A stretch of DNA of 64,000 bases, filler included, from Gonapodya sp. JEL0774 (taxonomy: Eukaryota), in the NCBI GenBank assembly GCA_027604505.1. It is 19 parts of 19 records of this genome, joined end to end, with 100 filler letters (N's around TTAATTAATTAA, not from the genome) between each part and the next. Parts side by side here need not be neighbours in the genome. Positions count along the whole stretch, not along the records: positions 10,233 to 13,537 come from JADIIX010001357.1; positions 13,638 to 16,929 come from JADIIX010001358.1; positions 17,030 to 20,317 come from JADIIX010001359.1; positions 20,418 to 23,705 come from JADIIX010001360.1; 15 more parts are not named here. One strand, given 5' to 3'. A program made the translations under genes and the position numbers. The notes below the pieces were generated by a model. That model saw only the letters and a list, made by a program, of their open reading frames with translations. It ran no database searches and was not told where the DNA came from. Shown piece after piece: positions 10,615 through 22,636 of this stretch (positions are counted from its first letter, which is position 1; each line of letters starts with the position of its first letter).

Positions 10615-12835
10615 CTACACTCTAAGTTCACAATCAGGTACAAGACCCACAATTCCTCCAGCACGTATAAAGTTCACAGCCCACTTCTTCGCATTATAAT
10701 ATGACAGATGAGGCTCATCCTCCAAATCAACAATATCAAAATGGTCAATTCCATCCACATATCCATCAGAGCCATGCTTTGCCAAGGAGAAGGGCACTCT
10801 CTCTGAAAAACTCCTTATCGCGTGATTGTGTGTTCCTCCAGTTGAACCATCACTGGAGCCTTCTTCTTCTTGAATACCTGGGTCGCTGCCACCACTACCT
10901 GGTGCCGGAGGTTGCTTGGTGCCTCTGAGAATCACATCCGGGTTCCAGACGGCGGCGTACTGCTCCAGCTCTGCTCTCATTAGCATGATAGCAGAGGTGC
11001 GGTCCATTATCTGCCCAACAGGTTGGGGAAGGTCAGGGCGGACATTGGTGCCTGGGAGTGTGTAAGACAGCCAAATTATCATCCAATATTCATCCAGGTC
11101 GGTCAGCACAACAAATGGTTTGCCCTGGGATATCTCTTGTATCCGGGCTATTGCCAACAGCTCGGCACACGCCTGGGCGACGCCACTGCTCCCATTGCCT
11201 GGCTTCTTGATCTCTATACCACATAGGGCTGACAGAACCTTTGTCTCCACTGGCCCCGCTTGCGTGACCAGAACATCGGTAGTTCCTGTGACAGAGATGT
11301 CTCCGATATTGACCTTGAGAAGCGTCTTGTATTGGCTTGCATCAAATATTTGAACGTTTCTGTACTTCCACACATTGAGGACGGAGCAGAGGTACGCAAG
11401 ATACTGCTCTCGTTGCTCTGGGGAATCTTCTTGCAGATCAAGATTCCAGGGGTACGGCGGCTCTTCTTTGGGAGTGGGTTGGATCAGAGGAGGGTATGAG
11501 AAAAATCGGCGCGAACACTGATTCAGATTGAAGGTGGATATCGCAACAGAGCTTTCTGTTTTCACTGTTCCGAAGTAAGTGAAAATTTCAAACAAGTGGT
11601 TGGGAACTGCACGAAGCCATCGATGAATGAGACAGGTGGCATACATACCCATTCGCTCTACTTCGTCACGGGTTGGGAGGTTCGACATTTGTTGCTGCAG
11701 TTGTTGCTGCACCTCGTCGCGGGTTGGCAGGTTCGACATTTGTTGCTGCAGTNNNNNNNNNNNNNNNNNNNNNNNNNNNNNNNNNNNNNNNNNNNNNNNN
11801 NNNNNNNNNNNNNNNNNNNNNNNNNNNNNNNNNNNNNNNNNNNNNNNNNTTGGGAGGTTCGACATTTGTTGCTGCAGTTGTTGCTGCACCTCGTCGCGGG
11901 TTGGCAGGTTCGACATTTGTTGCTGCAGTTGCTGCACCTCGTCGCGGGTCGGCAGCATCGACATTTGTTGTTGCAGGGTCGGCAGCATCGACATTTGTTG
12001 CTGTACTAGAATGGAGCGTCCCGGAGAGGGTCCACGTTACAAACCATGAAGTGAAATAAATTGCTTGTGCCTTTGCAACCACTACATGAAAAGTTTACCA
12101 CTCACGTTGACGCAGGAGTTCTACTGTGCTTGTTGATGTGACATGATTCGGCAGATTTGCGGGTATGATTGCTTAGCCAGAAGCAGGTTCTCAATCGTAC
12201 CATCGCAATCTCGAACAAAGAATCCAGGTCAACAAACCTGCCCGCCGACGAACGACAAAGTGAATGTACTTCTTGGGAACTGGAGGCTGAAAGTAGTAGG
12301 ATATCTCTTCCAAGGGCTCCATCACGTCCTCTTCCCTGAACGCTTCCTCTCTTAAAGTGCCCCGCTCCGTGTAAGGAACGTTGACTTTCCAGAGGTCGAG
12401 GTCCTCGGCATCAACATCTGAGAACGCGTGTGGTCTCGTGTCTTTGACGGCCTTCTTGAGGGTGTTAACAGAGGCTGACAGGGTAGTGAAAACCTCAAAG
12501 GGGCTTCTTTCACCAAGTAGAAGACAGTTGAGAGTCAGTGTGGTGGCGGCTGTCTTGGGTGCTTTGGAGGGGCGCAGAGACCTGGAAAGTTCTGCTGAGG
12601 TGTCGGATGGAGCTCTGAGCGGGGAGTCAGCGGAGATGGAGCGCTTGCGGGATAAGAGGTTATGGGAACGCGTTTCGGAAAGGCCGTCGACGGCGGCTTC
12701 GCTGTCTGCAGCAGAAAGAGACATACACAGCTGTTTGAGGTGGAGTTGGTTTGTGGCCTCCTCTATGAGGCGAGGCTCCCTGCAGGGTCCTTCATTATGT
12801 GTAACGAAAATACTCGTTATCTCCGATTCATTCAT
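10615..12835 (-). CDS. Crinkler (CRN)-type effector: ubiquitin-like header, tandem coiled-coil repeat, restriction-endonuclease-fold C-terminus
   Basis: Header LNCLLLGERSPFEV...LKKAVK...DVDAEDLDLWKV...IHFVVR. An 18-nt micro-exon (12123-12106) joins in frame to the exon starting at 12005. C-terminal GTTDVLV...GIEIKK...QACAELLA...VVLTDL PD-(D/E)XK motif. Confidence 0.85.
11661..12005 (-). repeat. Coding tandem repeat, 51-bp unit encoding QQQMSNLPTRDEVQQQL, with 48- and 27-bp variants; spans an internal assembly gap (11753-11849)
   Basis: Directly visible repeats of gttcgacatttgttgctgcagttgttgctgcacctcgtcgcgggttggcag on both sides of the N run. Confidence 0.95.
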
Positions 12836-12944
12836 TTAGGGACTGTCTTCTCTGATTGCACTTCCATTGAGACTGCCGCCGTGACTCTAGGGATACAGTC
12901 CGCAACCTGTCCAGACAGCAAAAGATTGAGACCGTACACGTTAA

Positions 12945-13537
12945 ATGTATGGAACACCAACCACCTATGCTTTCGAATATGCTGATGAAAGCTACGAGAA
13001 TGAAGAAGGCTACGATGTGGTGGATGGCGGTCCGCTGGAGCATGGAACCGGACACGGACAATTTGCAGATTATGCGTCCCTCCAAGGCAGAGTTGGAGTT
13101 TTAGAGCACCACCCGGGACTCGAGCCGATGGAAATTGAGCCTGAAATCCCAACCAATAGAGATTTTTCGTTTGGTGCAGGCGTATCTGGCTCCGAGCAAA
13201 CACCGTTGTGGAATCAGTGGCACTCTGCCATCGAATTAGAACCGACCTACAACCTTCTGGTCGGGAACCAGCAAATCCGCCACCCGCTCACGGACGAATT
13301 TCTAAGACAGCAGTTTGATCAAGCGGGATTTGCGACTCTGCAACATCGTGCAGAAGGTCTTACGTTCTCCTTCAAGCTTGGCGAAGAGGTTCTGGATCCG
13401 GACGATCGCGAGGCAGCAGACCAAGACGACGAGGAGGAAGGCGAAGATGCTGGAGAAGAAAATGTGGAGGACGCAGGCGAACAAGGACGTCGATCCCAAA
13501 TGGGTTTGTCAACAACAACTCTCAGTGCCCATGATGC
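12945..13537 (+). CDS. Hypothetical acidic protein, divergent from the CRN gene, 3' truncated
   Basis: Open frame of about 197 codons to the contig end, D/E-rich; no recognised motif. Confidence 0.45.
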
Positions 13538-13637
13538 NNNNNNNNNNNNNNNNNNNNNNNNNNNNNNNNNNNNNNNNNNNNTTAATTAATTAANNNNNNN
13601 NNNNNNNNNNNNNNNNNNNNNNNNNNNNNNNNNNNNN

Positions 13638-15233
13638 ATCTGTGTCGTATTCAACATTGTCCAAAGCTACTTTGCCGGTGGTGAAGTACATTGCCACAGC
13701 CTTTGCGAGTCCTAATGAAGGCACAGAGATTGTTGTGTGCCCCGGACCCTTGCGAGTCGCGATTCGGGAAGAGCTTGGGAGCAGGGACCGGAGGTGCTTT
13801 GCTGACGCAAGGGGAGTCGTGGAATCGTGAGCGCCATTGACGATAAGAATTGTCGTGTTTTGCTTTGATAATGCTTTGTCGGTCTCGGCGATCTTTGAAA
13901 CTCCGAGATTCGACAGTTTCGGCCGGCGCGAAGGAAAGTTGCGACAGAAACTGATGGTGCCCAGGTCCGCACCGATCCACGGCGTATTCTCCGTTACTGT
14001 GATTAACCTTACAAGATCCCTGATGTAGGACAGTGGGAGGAGGTTCGTCGGTGCGTTGTCGAGGCAGTTGAGCACAAACGGCATGACCGACACCGTTCCA
14101 GTCGCTGGTGCGGAGCGGTTACTCGGTGCAGACCCCGCAGATTGTACGAGAACTTCCAGAAGTGGACCTGCATCGCCAATTTCTAGAGCAGCTATCAGAC
14201 TGGCGACCACAGGCCAGGTTGGGGGAACGGTGAAAAAGCTCCACAGGAAGCTGCTGAGCACGGAAGCGGTGATAGGGACTCCGCTTGCTGTCACTGGATT
14301 CTCGAAAGCAACTTTATGCAATTCATCAAATCGTCGCTCAATATCCTCCGCAGATGTGCTGATACCAGCAAAGTTACATGCTGTTGGTCCAGCTGTGAAA
14401 CAGAATTCAGCAAAGTCACTTATTGCACTACGCACTGAAACCTGATCGTTGGGCAGCTGACTCGCATACGTCTGTGCGTTCGCTTCAGCGTCAAAAACAC
14501 CGTCCATTACCACGCGCCCGACACGTTGAGGGAACGTTTGAATGAACTCCACACCGTAAATGGTACCGTATGAGAATCCCCAGTAATTCAACTTGGCGCC
14601 AGGACCGTCCAGCATATCGACGATGGACGCCATGTCCCTCACCACATACGCGGCAGTGGACGTAAATAAAGCTGTTGAGTTCTGCTTCAGGCACTCCTGT
14701 GCGAGCAGTCGGGACGCGTTGTCAAAAGCTTCGAGACTGTTCGCGACCATCTTTGTCTCCGTGGAGTTCGAGAACGCTCCTATCCAAGAGTCCACACCGG
14801 CTGGAAACGCCGCATTGAAATCGTACTCTTCACCCGCGGATGCGAAGCAGACTAATCGCGGTTCAGCTCCACCGGCACCACGGGGATCGAATCCAACGAT
14901 ATCGTACTCCCCACCCGTCACGGTAGAAATGGATGCACCAGTTCCTGCTGTCACGAACCCCACTCCAGACGCTCCAGGTCCACCGGGATTGACGAGCAGA
15001 GAGCCTTTGCGTCCCGTGGGTGCAGTGGCATTGTACCGCACCAAAGGAATGATGGCGACGTCTGAGCTCGCAGAGTCGGCGTACTCGAGGGGTACTGTGA
15101 GCTTGGCGCAGTCAAGGTGAGACCCGCAAGATGTCCAGGTGGAGAGACCTGGGACGATCTTCATGGCGCTTGCTGGTGCCGAGCACCCCCAAGTGGCACT
15201 CAGAAGCACGACAAAGAGAATAAGTGTAGCCAT
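13638..15233 (-). CDS. Secreted alpha/beta hydrolase, TAP-like tripeptidyl aminopeptidase (S33) family
   Basis: Signal peptide; CAKLTVPLEY, LVNPGGPGASG, DIVGFDPRG, nucleophile elbow YWGFSYGT, HDSTTP and GHT. Intronless over 1.6 kb. Confidence 0.9.
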
Positions 15234-15767
15234 AAAGACTGGCTAGAGACCTTAATAAATGTTTGCAGAGGTGGAATGAGCTCCTGATGGATCTTTGTCC
15301 ACGCTGGTGATCCAGTGCGATTGCTAAGTGAGCGACCGCTTCCTCGGTACTCACAGAATAGACAGCACTGGAGCAATAAAACTTTACGTGTTGATCAGTC
15401 CGAGTTGGCTCATTTATCAGCGCCTCTGGATGGCAAACCTGACTAGCTCAGCGTCACCTCGGTTGCAGAAATGACCGTTGCCGCCACCATACCGCAAAAA
15501 CCTTTCTCCCGACCGGTTCCGCACAAGTACGATTCCGATCATTCCCTGTCTCGGTATTCTATGTCGGGTGTTAGTTGTGTCGTTAGAGGATGATGGGAAT
15601 AATTGTGCCTCGGCCTCCATAGAATACCTTCAGGTACTACAAATGTTACGTTCATATTATCAAGTACCTGTCCAAGTATATTATCGGATCTGTCTGTAGT
15701 GCACCAGCACGAAACACAAGCGTACATACTGTTATGCGCGAATATGAGTTGATCCTACGGCACGTAT

Positions 15768-16929
15768 CTAGATTCGAGAACCTTGAACCATGACTCGGTT
15801 CCCCACGTCGTCGGCAACCTCGAACGGTCCTACGCGGATCGTCCACGCGATCGCCTTCTGTTCCATCTTCCCTACTGCTTCTTCCTCAGGAATCCCAAAC
15901 TTCACACCATCGACTTGCTCCTCGGTCAATCGGAGTGTGAGGGCGAAGCCTCCGCCAGTTGGTGCTTTCTCGAACGAGTGACTTATAGAAGCGTACCTGA
16001 CTGACGTACCTGGCGTATAAGCTGCGTTCGAGTCAGCACTGTCGTTCGCTGGCACATCATCAGGTCGCAGAAGAATCTCAGCCGATATTGTTCCCATGCT
16101 GTGTGATTCTCTCGCTGGCAGTGGCCAAACTACGCCATGCACCGTCAGCTCAGCCGTCCCCGGCTCCTCCATGATCGTTACAAAGAGCCATCGCTTATCT
16201 CCCGTAGACTTTTGGACCACCCTCACCGTCCGATCTCCTCCAGCTTGAGCGCCTGTCCTCGCCTCAGGACTGGGACGGTAAGGCCGCGTCCCATACACCC
16301 CAGGAGCGTTGATCGTCAACCACCTGTGCAATCCCTTCAGTCGCAACATTTGCACGTCTGGAATTGTGCCGTCCGCCTTGGGGCCCACACCGAGCAGGAG
16401 GTTCCCGCCTTTCGCGACAACATCTACGAGTTCCGTCACAAGTTGAGGTGTGGTAGAGACGATCCCTTTGCTTCCATCAATGTCACCGTCTTCTGCGCGG
16501 TTGTATCCAAACGAGAACCCAACACCACGGCAAGTCTCCCATTTGCGAGCGGGAATGTCCGGGTACGACCTGTACTCTGGGGTCTTGAAGTCGCCTCGAT
16601 ATGCCCTGATAGTTGTGGAATCACGAGTTCGTGGCAAAGGCGCTGTGCTTTGATCAGAACTTGTATTGGAGTCTGGAATATCGATGAACCAGCGGTCGTT
16701 GACCAGCCCCTTGGGCACGGTCTGGAAGTAGAAGTTAAGCAACCGGGGAACCAGCGTGGACGGAGGAGATGAAGGGTGGGATATGTCACCCTATAGAATA
16801 GCACATTCGTGGAGTGTTAGACAGTAAAGTGGCCGCGACTGCAGAATGATTCCCACGCGGAACGAATCATCATAGCGGATAGCATATCCCCCGTTTTCGC
16901 TACTCACCCATAAAATATCCGGTTTGTAT
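15768..16929 (-). CDS. Alpha-L-fucosidase (GH29), 5' truncated
   Basis: YKPDILW/(intron)/GDISHP nucleophile region, VNDRW, DFKTPEY, KWETCRGVGFSFGYN, LVDVVAKGGNLLLGVGPKADGTIP and VYGTRP. Confidence 0.9.
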
Positions 16930-17425
16930 NNNNNNNNNNNNNNNNNNNNNNNNNNNNNNNNNNNNNNNNNNNNTTAATTAATTAANNNNNNNNNNNNNNN
17001 NNNNNNNNNNNNNNNNNNNNNNNNNNNNNCAATTTTGCCAGGATGCTGTGTGGCTTGCTACCGACATAAACCCCGAGTTGGTGGGCAAGGTTATCAATCT
17101 CGTTGTCCCATCGGCCAAACCGAGCGAACATATCGGAGGTGTTGCGGCCATCGCAGGACTTGCGTCAGGACTACTCGGTGAGTTCAATGAAGATTTGACA
17201 GTAGAGACAAGATGAAGCTTCAACCTTGTCCGATACGATAGGAATGTACCGGACGTACGTCCGCGCACTAGAAGGTTAACGATAATGGGCGTTCCATAGT
17301 TTCAATGGCAAATATTGTACTCGACCGCAGAGCGTACGAACTGCAGTTACATCGACACGGTACAGTTAATACATATACAATATGCGAGCGATTAGAGCAC
17401 TCCGTATACGTTCACCGGCCGGGCA

Positions 17426-18752
17426 TTAAAAGTTCCCCATTCCGGTCACGGATCTGAGCTTTTCGTACGTGACCCAAAACACCAGTTGCTGAACGGGATA
17501 AGGAATGAGTGCACGTGCAACATGTAGTGAATGGTGGCACAACCCCACAACTCACCCATGGACCGAGTCTCGCCCACGTTGGAAAGAATCCTTTATACAG
17601 AGCCAGGAAGCCCTCTGACCGAACGGATTTAATCAAACAATCGACAGTGCCACTATAAAGGGGACTCGACGCGGACTGATTCATCATCCTGGAAGTGGTG
17701 AACCCGGAATGCATTTCTCGCATGGGTATATAGTTATATATGTACTGATCGCCGTACATTCTCACCTCGTTTTGATTACGTCCGCTGGAGTAGAAACAAG
17801 ACTGGCAAAGAACCCTGAACATATGCTAGCGGCGGTGTGAGTCCATACATCGTCCCCCGGTTTCTTACCACCCGCTTGCGAGTGCGGCAGACTATTTGTG
17901 TTTCTCAATTGGAGAATATAGGATTTGGCTGTGTCGTACATGGCGAGCTCTCCGAGATTTACCTGAACAGGGGAGTAGGAAGCCGGCCAAGACCCAGTTA
18001 GGGTCACGTGAAACGAGACTATCGCCGCTTTAGCCACAGTACTCACAAGTGCAGCTCTTTGGACAGCGGGATTCGAACCCCTCCACAACCCTCGTAGACC
18101 TCCTTCTTCTTGAACGATCGTGGTCATAGCATTCAACAATCCAGTGTAGCGAGGAGGACGACCTTGAGCAACTGCGACGCCATCCGATTGCATTCGAACT
18201 TTGACAAGATCGGCAGGCACGGCGACGAGCTGGCCGACAGCTCCCGATACCAGGCCGGACAGCATTTTCAACGGAATCGGTAAGGTGTCCGTGGGAGCTC
18301 CCGGAATGTAACGTGCAGCCAGTATAGAACGGAAATTCTCGTAGATGACGATGCGAGTTCCAGTGTAGCTGTCAACGGACAGAAATAATTCAATGCCAAA
18401 CCAACCATGAACAAGCCTGCACACTTACGGCACGTGACGCAGAATTGCTGGGCTCACTCCACGATACAGACCAGTTATTCCTTCATGAGTTGCAATGTTT
18501 GTCAGCACTCTGAACGCTCCTGGAGTATGTCCTCGTTTCGATTCCAACTGCATGCGAGTTTTGGTGAGGCTTACACAAACCGAGATCAACGAAGGAGCAG
18601 AAGGACGCATTGAAACTGAATGCAAATCAGAGTGGGGTGGCTTCAGAGAGCTTCATCCAAGCTTACTCGATTGGGAAAGTCGCAGATTCCGAGACAGCAG
18701 CAGAAGACGCAGAGAGCGCGAATCGCGCGAGCAGTTCAGAAAACGATGTCAT
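17426..18752 (-). CDS. Mitochondrial carrier, UCP4/plant UCP-like, multi-exon
   Basis: Three carrier motifs ([32 protein letters not shown]) plus [18 protein letters not shown] and [24 protein letters not shown], typical of the UCP4 subfamily. Confidence 0.85.
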
Positions 18753-18958
18753 CGACTTTGTGGCAGGAAGATTATTATTTTGAGCTGATTTATATTCATC
18801 GCGGTTTCGCATCGAATTGGATGCAAGACTCGGCTCTCACCGCAAAATGAAGCCCAGAAACTATGTGCTCGACAACCCTACATTCTCTCCGAAAGTGATA
18901 AATCAAATTGTCTAGTTTCAAATCTATGTACATTAGACGCTCCGAGAAGATGTAAAGG

Positions 18959-20317
18959 TCATCGCCCGCTGACGATACCGTCCTTGGTCACTTCCTGCGA
19001 AGTCTTGAAGGAGATGATGTTGTTAGAAGTGGTCACAATGTCATCTTCACCGAGCTAGAGCAAGAATTCGATCGTCAGCAACCCGTGAGGCGGGTACAAA
19101 CACTGGTCTTGAGCTTACCCTTACTCCACCAACCCCCTCGGCCCAAAGATAGCACCGGTCGATCTCAGGATGTACTTTCCTAGCAAATTCTCTGACGGTT
19201 GTACCTTCTTTGAGAAGTAGACAGTCTCTGAAGACACCTCCACCGTGTCCGCCTCCTGAGAAGTTGTTGATGTTCTTGACTGGGTATGCAGGTACCAATT
19301 TGAGCAGTCGCAGTGCAGTTGACAGGACCTGGAGGACACCAGTGGACCCATAACGAAAGAGAACGAGATCTAATTCATGGTTTGATGAGTGTAAAGAGTG
19401 TCGGAGGACGAAACTAGGTAACAGTGTGCGAACCTTGGACCTTCTCGAGCCGACTAGGGAAGTGATGAACAACGTCTAAATTGCGCCAAATTGATTTGCG
19501 CTTAGGCACACTCTTACCTTCTTGTCTTCTCATCCATCGACTTCAGCGTTCCGATCGCTTCGCCCTCCAAGTCCTCGGCAGTCTCGAATCTGTCAGTTCC
19601 TTCGTGATAGTGTATGAAACCCTGCTTGGCTAGTCGCCGAATAAAGTTCTCGGCTAAAGCGGAAGTGAGGACGATACGACTTTCGTCGTACTTTCGACAG
19701 ATTTTGTCAATGTTTTTGGAGGCGTCAGGCAAGTCAATTTTGTTGAGTGCCTGTTCAAGCAGCAAAATAGAACAGTCGATAGGATCATATTGGTTCTACC
19801 ACACATCTTGAACGAGAGACATCACTTACAATGACGGTGGGAAACTTCTCTTCCACAAAAAGTCTCACGAATGTTCGCAACAAATCGTCATCCCAACTTT
19901 CCAAAACATTGACCGTGTCCTTGCTGTATGGATTCGGTGTATACTCGGGTGATGTCACGAGATGTCGCAATCTATCGAGCACGTTAAGAATGATAGGTAA
20001 ACGGACTCCGTATCCAGACATTTGTTGTTGAAGGGTTGTTGGTGGGTCCGCACCTGGGTTCATCGGAAACGCAGAAGCCCCAATCGATTACTTGGATTCA
20101 GGCTCCAACACATCATTTGGAGCAGATAGAAAACGTACGTACTGCGACATGTCGTCGAATTGTACTTGACCATTTGGTCTTCAGATTGTTGGAAATCCAA
20201 CTTGTAATTGAGCGAATCGATTGAAACGAGTGAGAATAGAGTGAAATTCAGCTGGATGCCATCGCGCTGGCTCACGCCTCAATTTCTCCAGTTAGCCACT
20301 CTACATCGTTGATGGGA
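18959..20317 (-). CDS. OBG-family GTPase (yeast YGR210C-like), 5' truncated
   Basis: G4 motif ALNKIDLP, VLTSALAE, YGSTGV, and TGS-like VFRDCLLLKEGTTVREFA...GVR/LGEDD. Confidence 0.8.
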
Positions 20318-20417
20318 NNNNNNNNNNNNNNNNNNNNNNNNNNNNNNNNNNNNNNNNNNNNTTAATTAATTAANNNNNNNNNNNNNNNNNNNNNNNNNNN
20401 NNNNNNNNNNNNNNNNN

Positions 20418-21278
20418 TGGTTGCGGGGGCAGGAGCAACGACAACTGGAGCTGGAGATGGAGCAGCGGCTTGACCACCCCCAACTGCACGACGGGGGAGA
20501 ATGGTTGAAAGCACCGATCTCGCATTGTGTGAACGGCACAGACTCACCGGTGCCAGCGATGAACATGCCAGGGTTTGCATTGAACCAGATATCTTCATCG
20601 TTCAAGACAACTGCATTGGGGACAAGCCAGCAGTTATCTTACCATTCTGGGCATCGCAAAGTTCATAAAAGACCCACCGACTGCCTCGGCAACAAGTTGC
20701 ATTCCAGGCGTCACGGCTGCATCCGGTGTCCACATGTAAGACAGAACCGTCTTTGCATTCCCCTGGAAATGTCCGATGGTGCTGTTGGCGCCAGACGATG
20801 CTCCACTCATGGCAGTGCAGTCCTTGCCCTTCATTGTTACACCGGGTGGGATGGTAATGCTGCCGACGTGTTGAGTACCGGCGGCGTCTCGAACCCACAT
20901 GACTTGAGACAATCGAGGCAGGCTGTGAGCCTTACGCTTCTCGACAAGACTACATTGACAACGCCTCGTGCTCACTGAGTCCCTTGTACGAGGTTATCCC
21001 AGACAAGCCAATCATGAACCCGTTTCCAGCGGGAGTAGCTGTCATGGTTGCCCGGGGCGCAACACCCGGTCCGTGAGGTCTTTGCATCCTGTTACGCAGT
21101 TATAGACATGTGAGTGCTTGAGAACCGGACTCAGACGGAACATACCGAACAATACTCACGCCGCTGAATTGGTATCTTCATAGAGACAGACCGGAGCTCC
21201 GCCTTGGGGGAAAGCGTTGGAAATCGCGGCGAGAAGAGTTGCGGCGAGAACGAGAGATTTGGCAACAGAGAGAAGCAT
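20418..21278 (-). CDS. Secreted Reeler-domain protein with Pro/Ala linker, 3' truncated
   Basis: Signal peptide MLLSVAKSLVLAATLLAAISNA, then FPQGGAPVC.../MQRPHG...YKGL.../MWVRDAAG..VG..C..TIGH..AK..WTP, matching the Reeler pattern. Confidence 0.7.
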
Positions 21279-22636
21279 CGTCGTTGCGGCGGACTGCGAT
21301 TCAGTTGTGCGCGGGCAGGCTTCAAATGTTCCGTTCTGAAGGCTGCAGAGCCGACTGGTCTCGATCTCTTGTTAGAGGCTCAATTTCATTGTTTTTGCGG
21401 CCAAGTGTCCACATACCTGACGTCCCAAAGGGTCACCAGGGGAAGGGGCACCAACCCCGATCAGGAAACTCAAACGTTCCGCAACGCCCCTTTTCATACA
21501 CTGACTGCACGTAATGCTGAAATGATGGAGTAAAAACAACTCTCACTAAGTGGGGCAACGTGCAGAGTCGAGTTGATCGCGGACTTTGAACTGACCACCG
21601 CGACGGTTGGTGGGGCAGAAAGTGGGGCTGACGGCGACGCCACATTCATGACGCAACGCTCATTCCGTAGAGATCAGCAGACGGCAATTACCTAAGTCAC
21701 GTGTTGCAGGTCCCAATCCGAACCGGTCTCTCCAAGTTTTTCGTGTGGAATATCCCGATCATGGCTTTGTTGGTGACGTGCACGGTTCCTCACAAAGATT
21801 CTCGAGCTTTCTTGTGAGAATTTAAAGATACACTCGAATGAGAGCCCCGAGCTGTGAAACAGTTGTGCTATTTCATGTGGAATGTTGCCGAATGCTGCGA
21901 TATGACACCTTTTCTGATGACGTGGATCCGGAACAACTCGCACTTTTTAACACAATCTGAGCAGCCAAGTTGTGCAGCAGATTTCGTACACATGACGCCC
22001 CATCAGCACCTCACCAAGACTGGTTCATTTGCCGTGGATGGATTCCAGTGAATCGTGGTGTGGTCGAATTGTGTTATGTCAGACTCGGGAGGGTTTCTCC
22101 GAAGATTTCGACCTTTTCAGAATAACCACGAGCCAAATAAAACGGAGACATAGATTTACATGGTTGTTGATAAGTAGCCTATAGCGAGCCTATATCTGTC
22201 CATGGGAAAGATTGACATGATCCAGTTTACTGCGTGCTTTATGCACTCGATGTTGACGCGACCGTTTCAGAAACTAGTAAACGCTTTAGTGTATCCATCG
22301 ATCTTCTATTAAAGGGAAGCTGCTCATGAGAAACTCGGGGACGACTGGATAAGTTGGACAGTCAGCGGTGATCTGAAGGGTCGTCAATGAACCGCGTGCG
22401 TACGCTGGCTTCTTCCCACTCGGCTGGTTCATCCAATGTACTACACTTAGCTCTTTCGCGGAAAGTCGATGCACAAATGAGGTAGAAACTCATACGTATT
22501 TCTAATCATATTCACGCATTAATGTTCTTTGATGACTTTCTATTATGAGCAAACATTCACTCAAGGTAAAATTCCGGGTAGTATGACTGTTCTAGATGTA
22601 ACCCACACCCATTTTGACACAGTGAATCGGTTGCTT

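Noticed and set aside
11596..12082. Cys-rich (DICCCSCCC) and other repetitive ORFs
   Set aside because: Alternative frames and antisense of the CRN coding repeat.
21300..22600. Possible ncRNA or tRNA in a long intergenic stretch
   Set aside because: No tRNA cloverleaf, T-loop or rRNA signature recognised here or elsewhere in the window.
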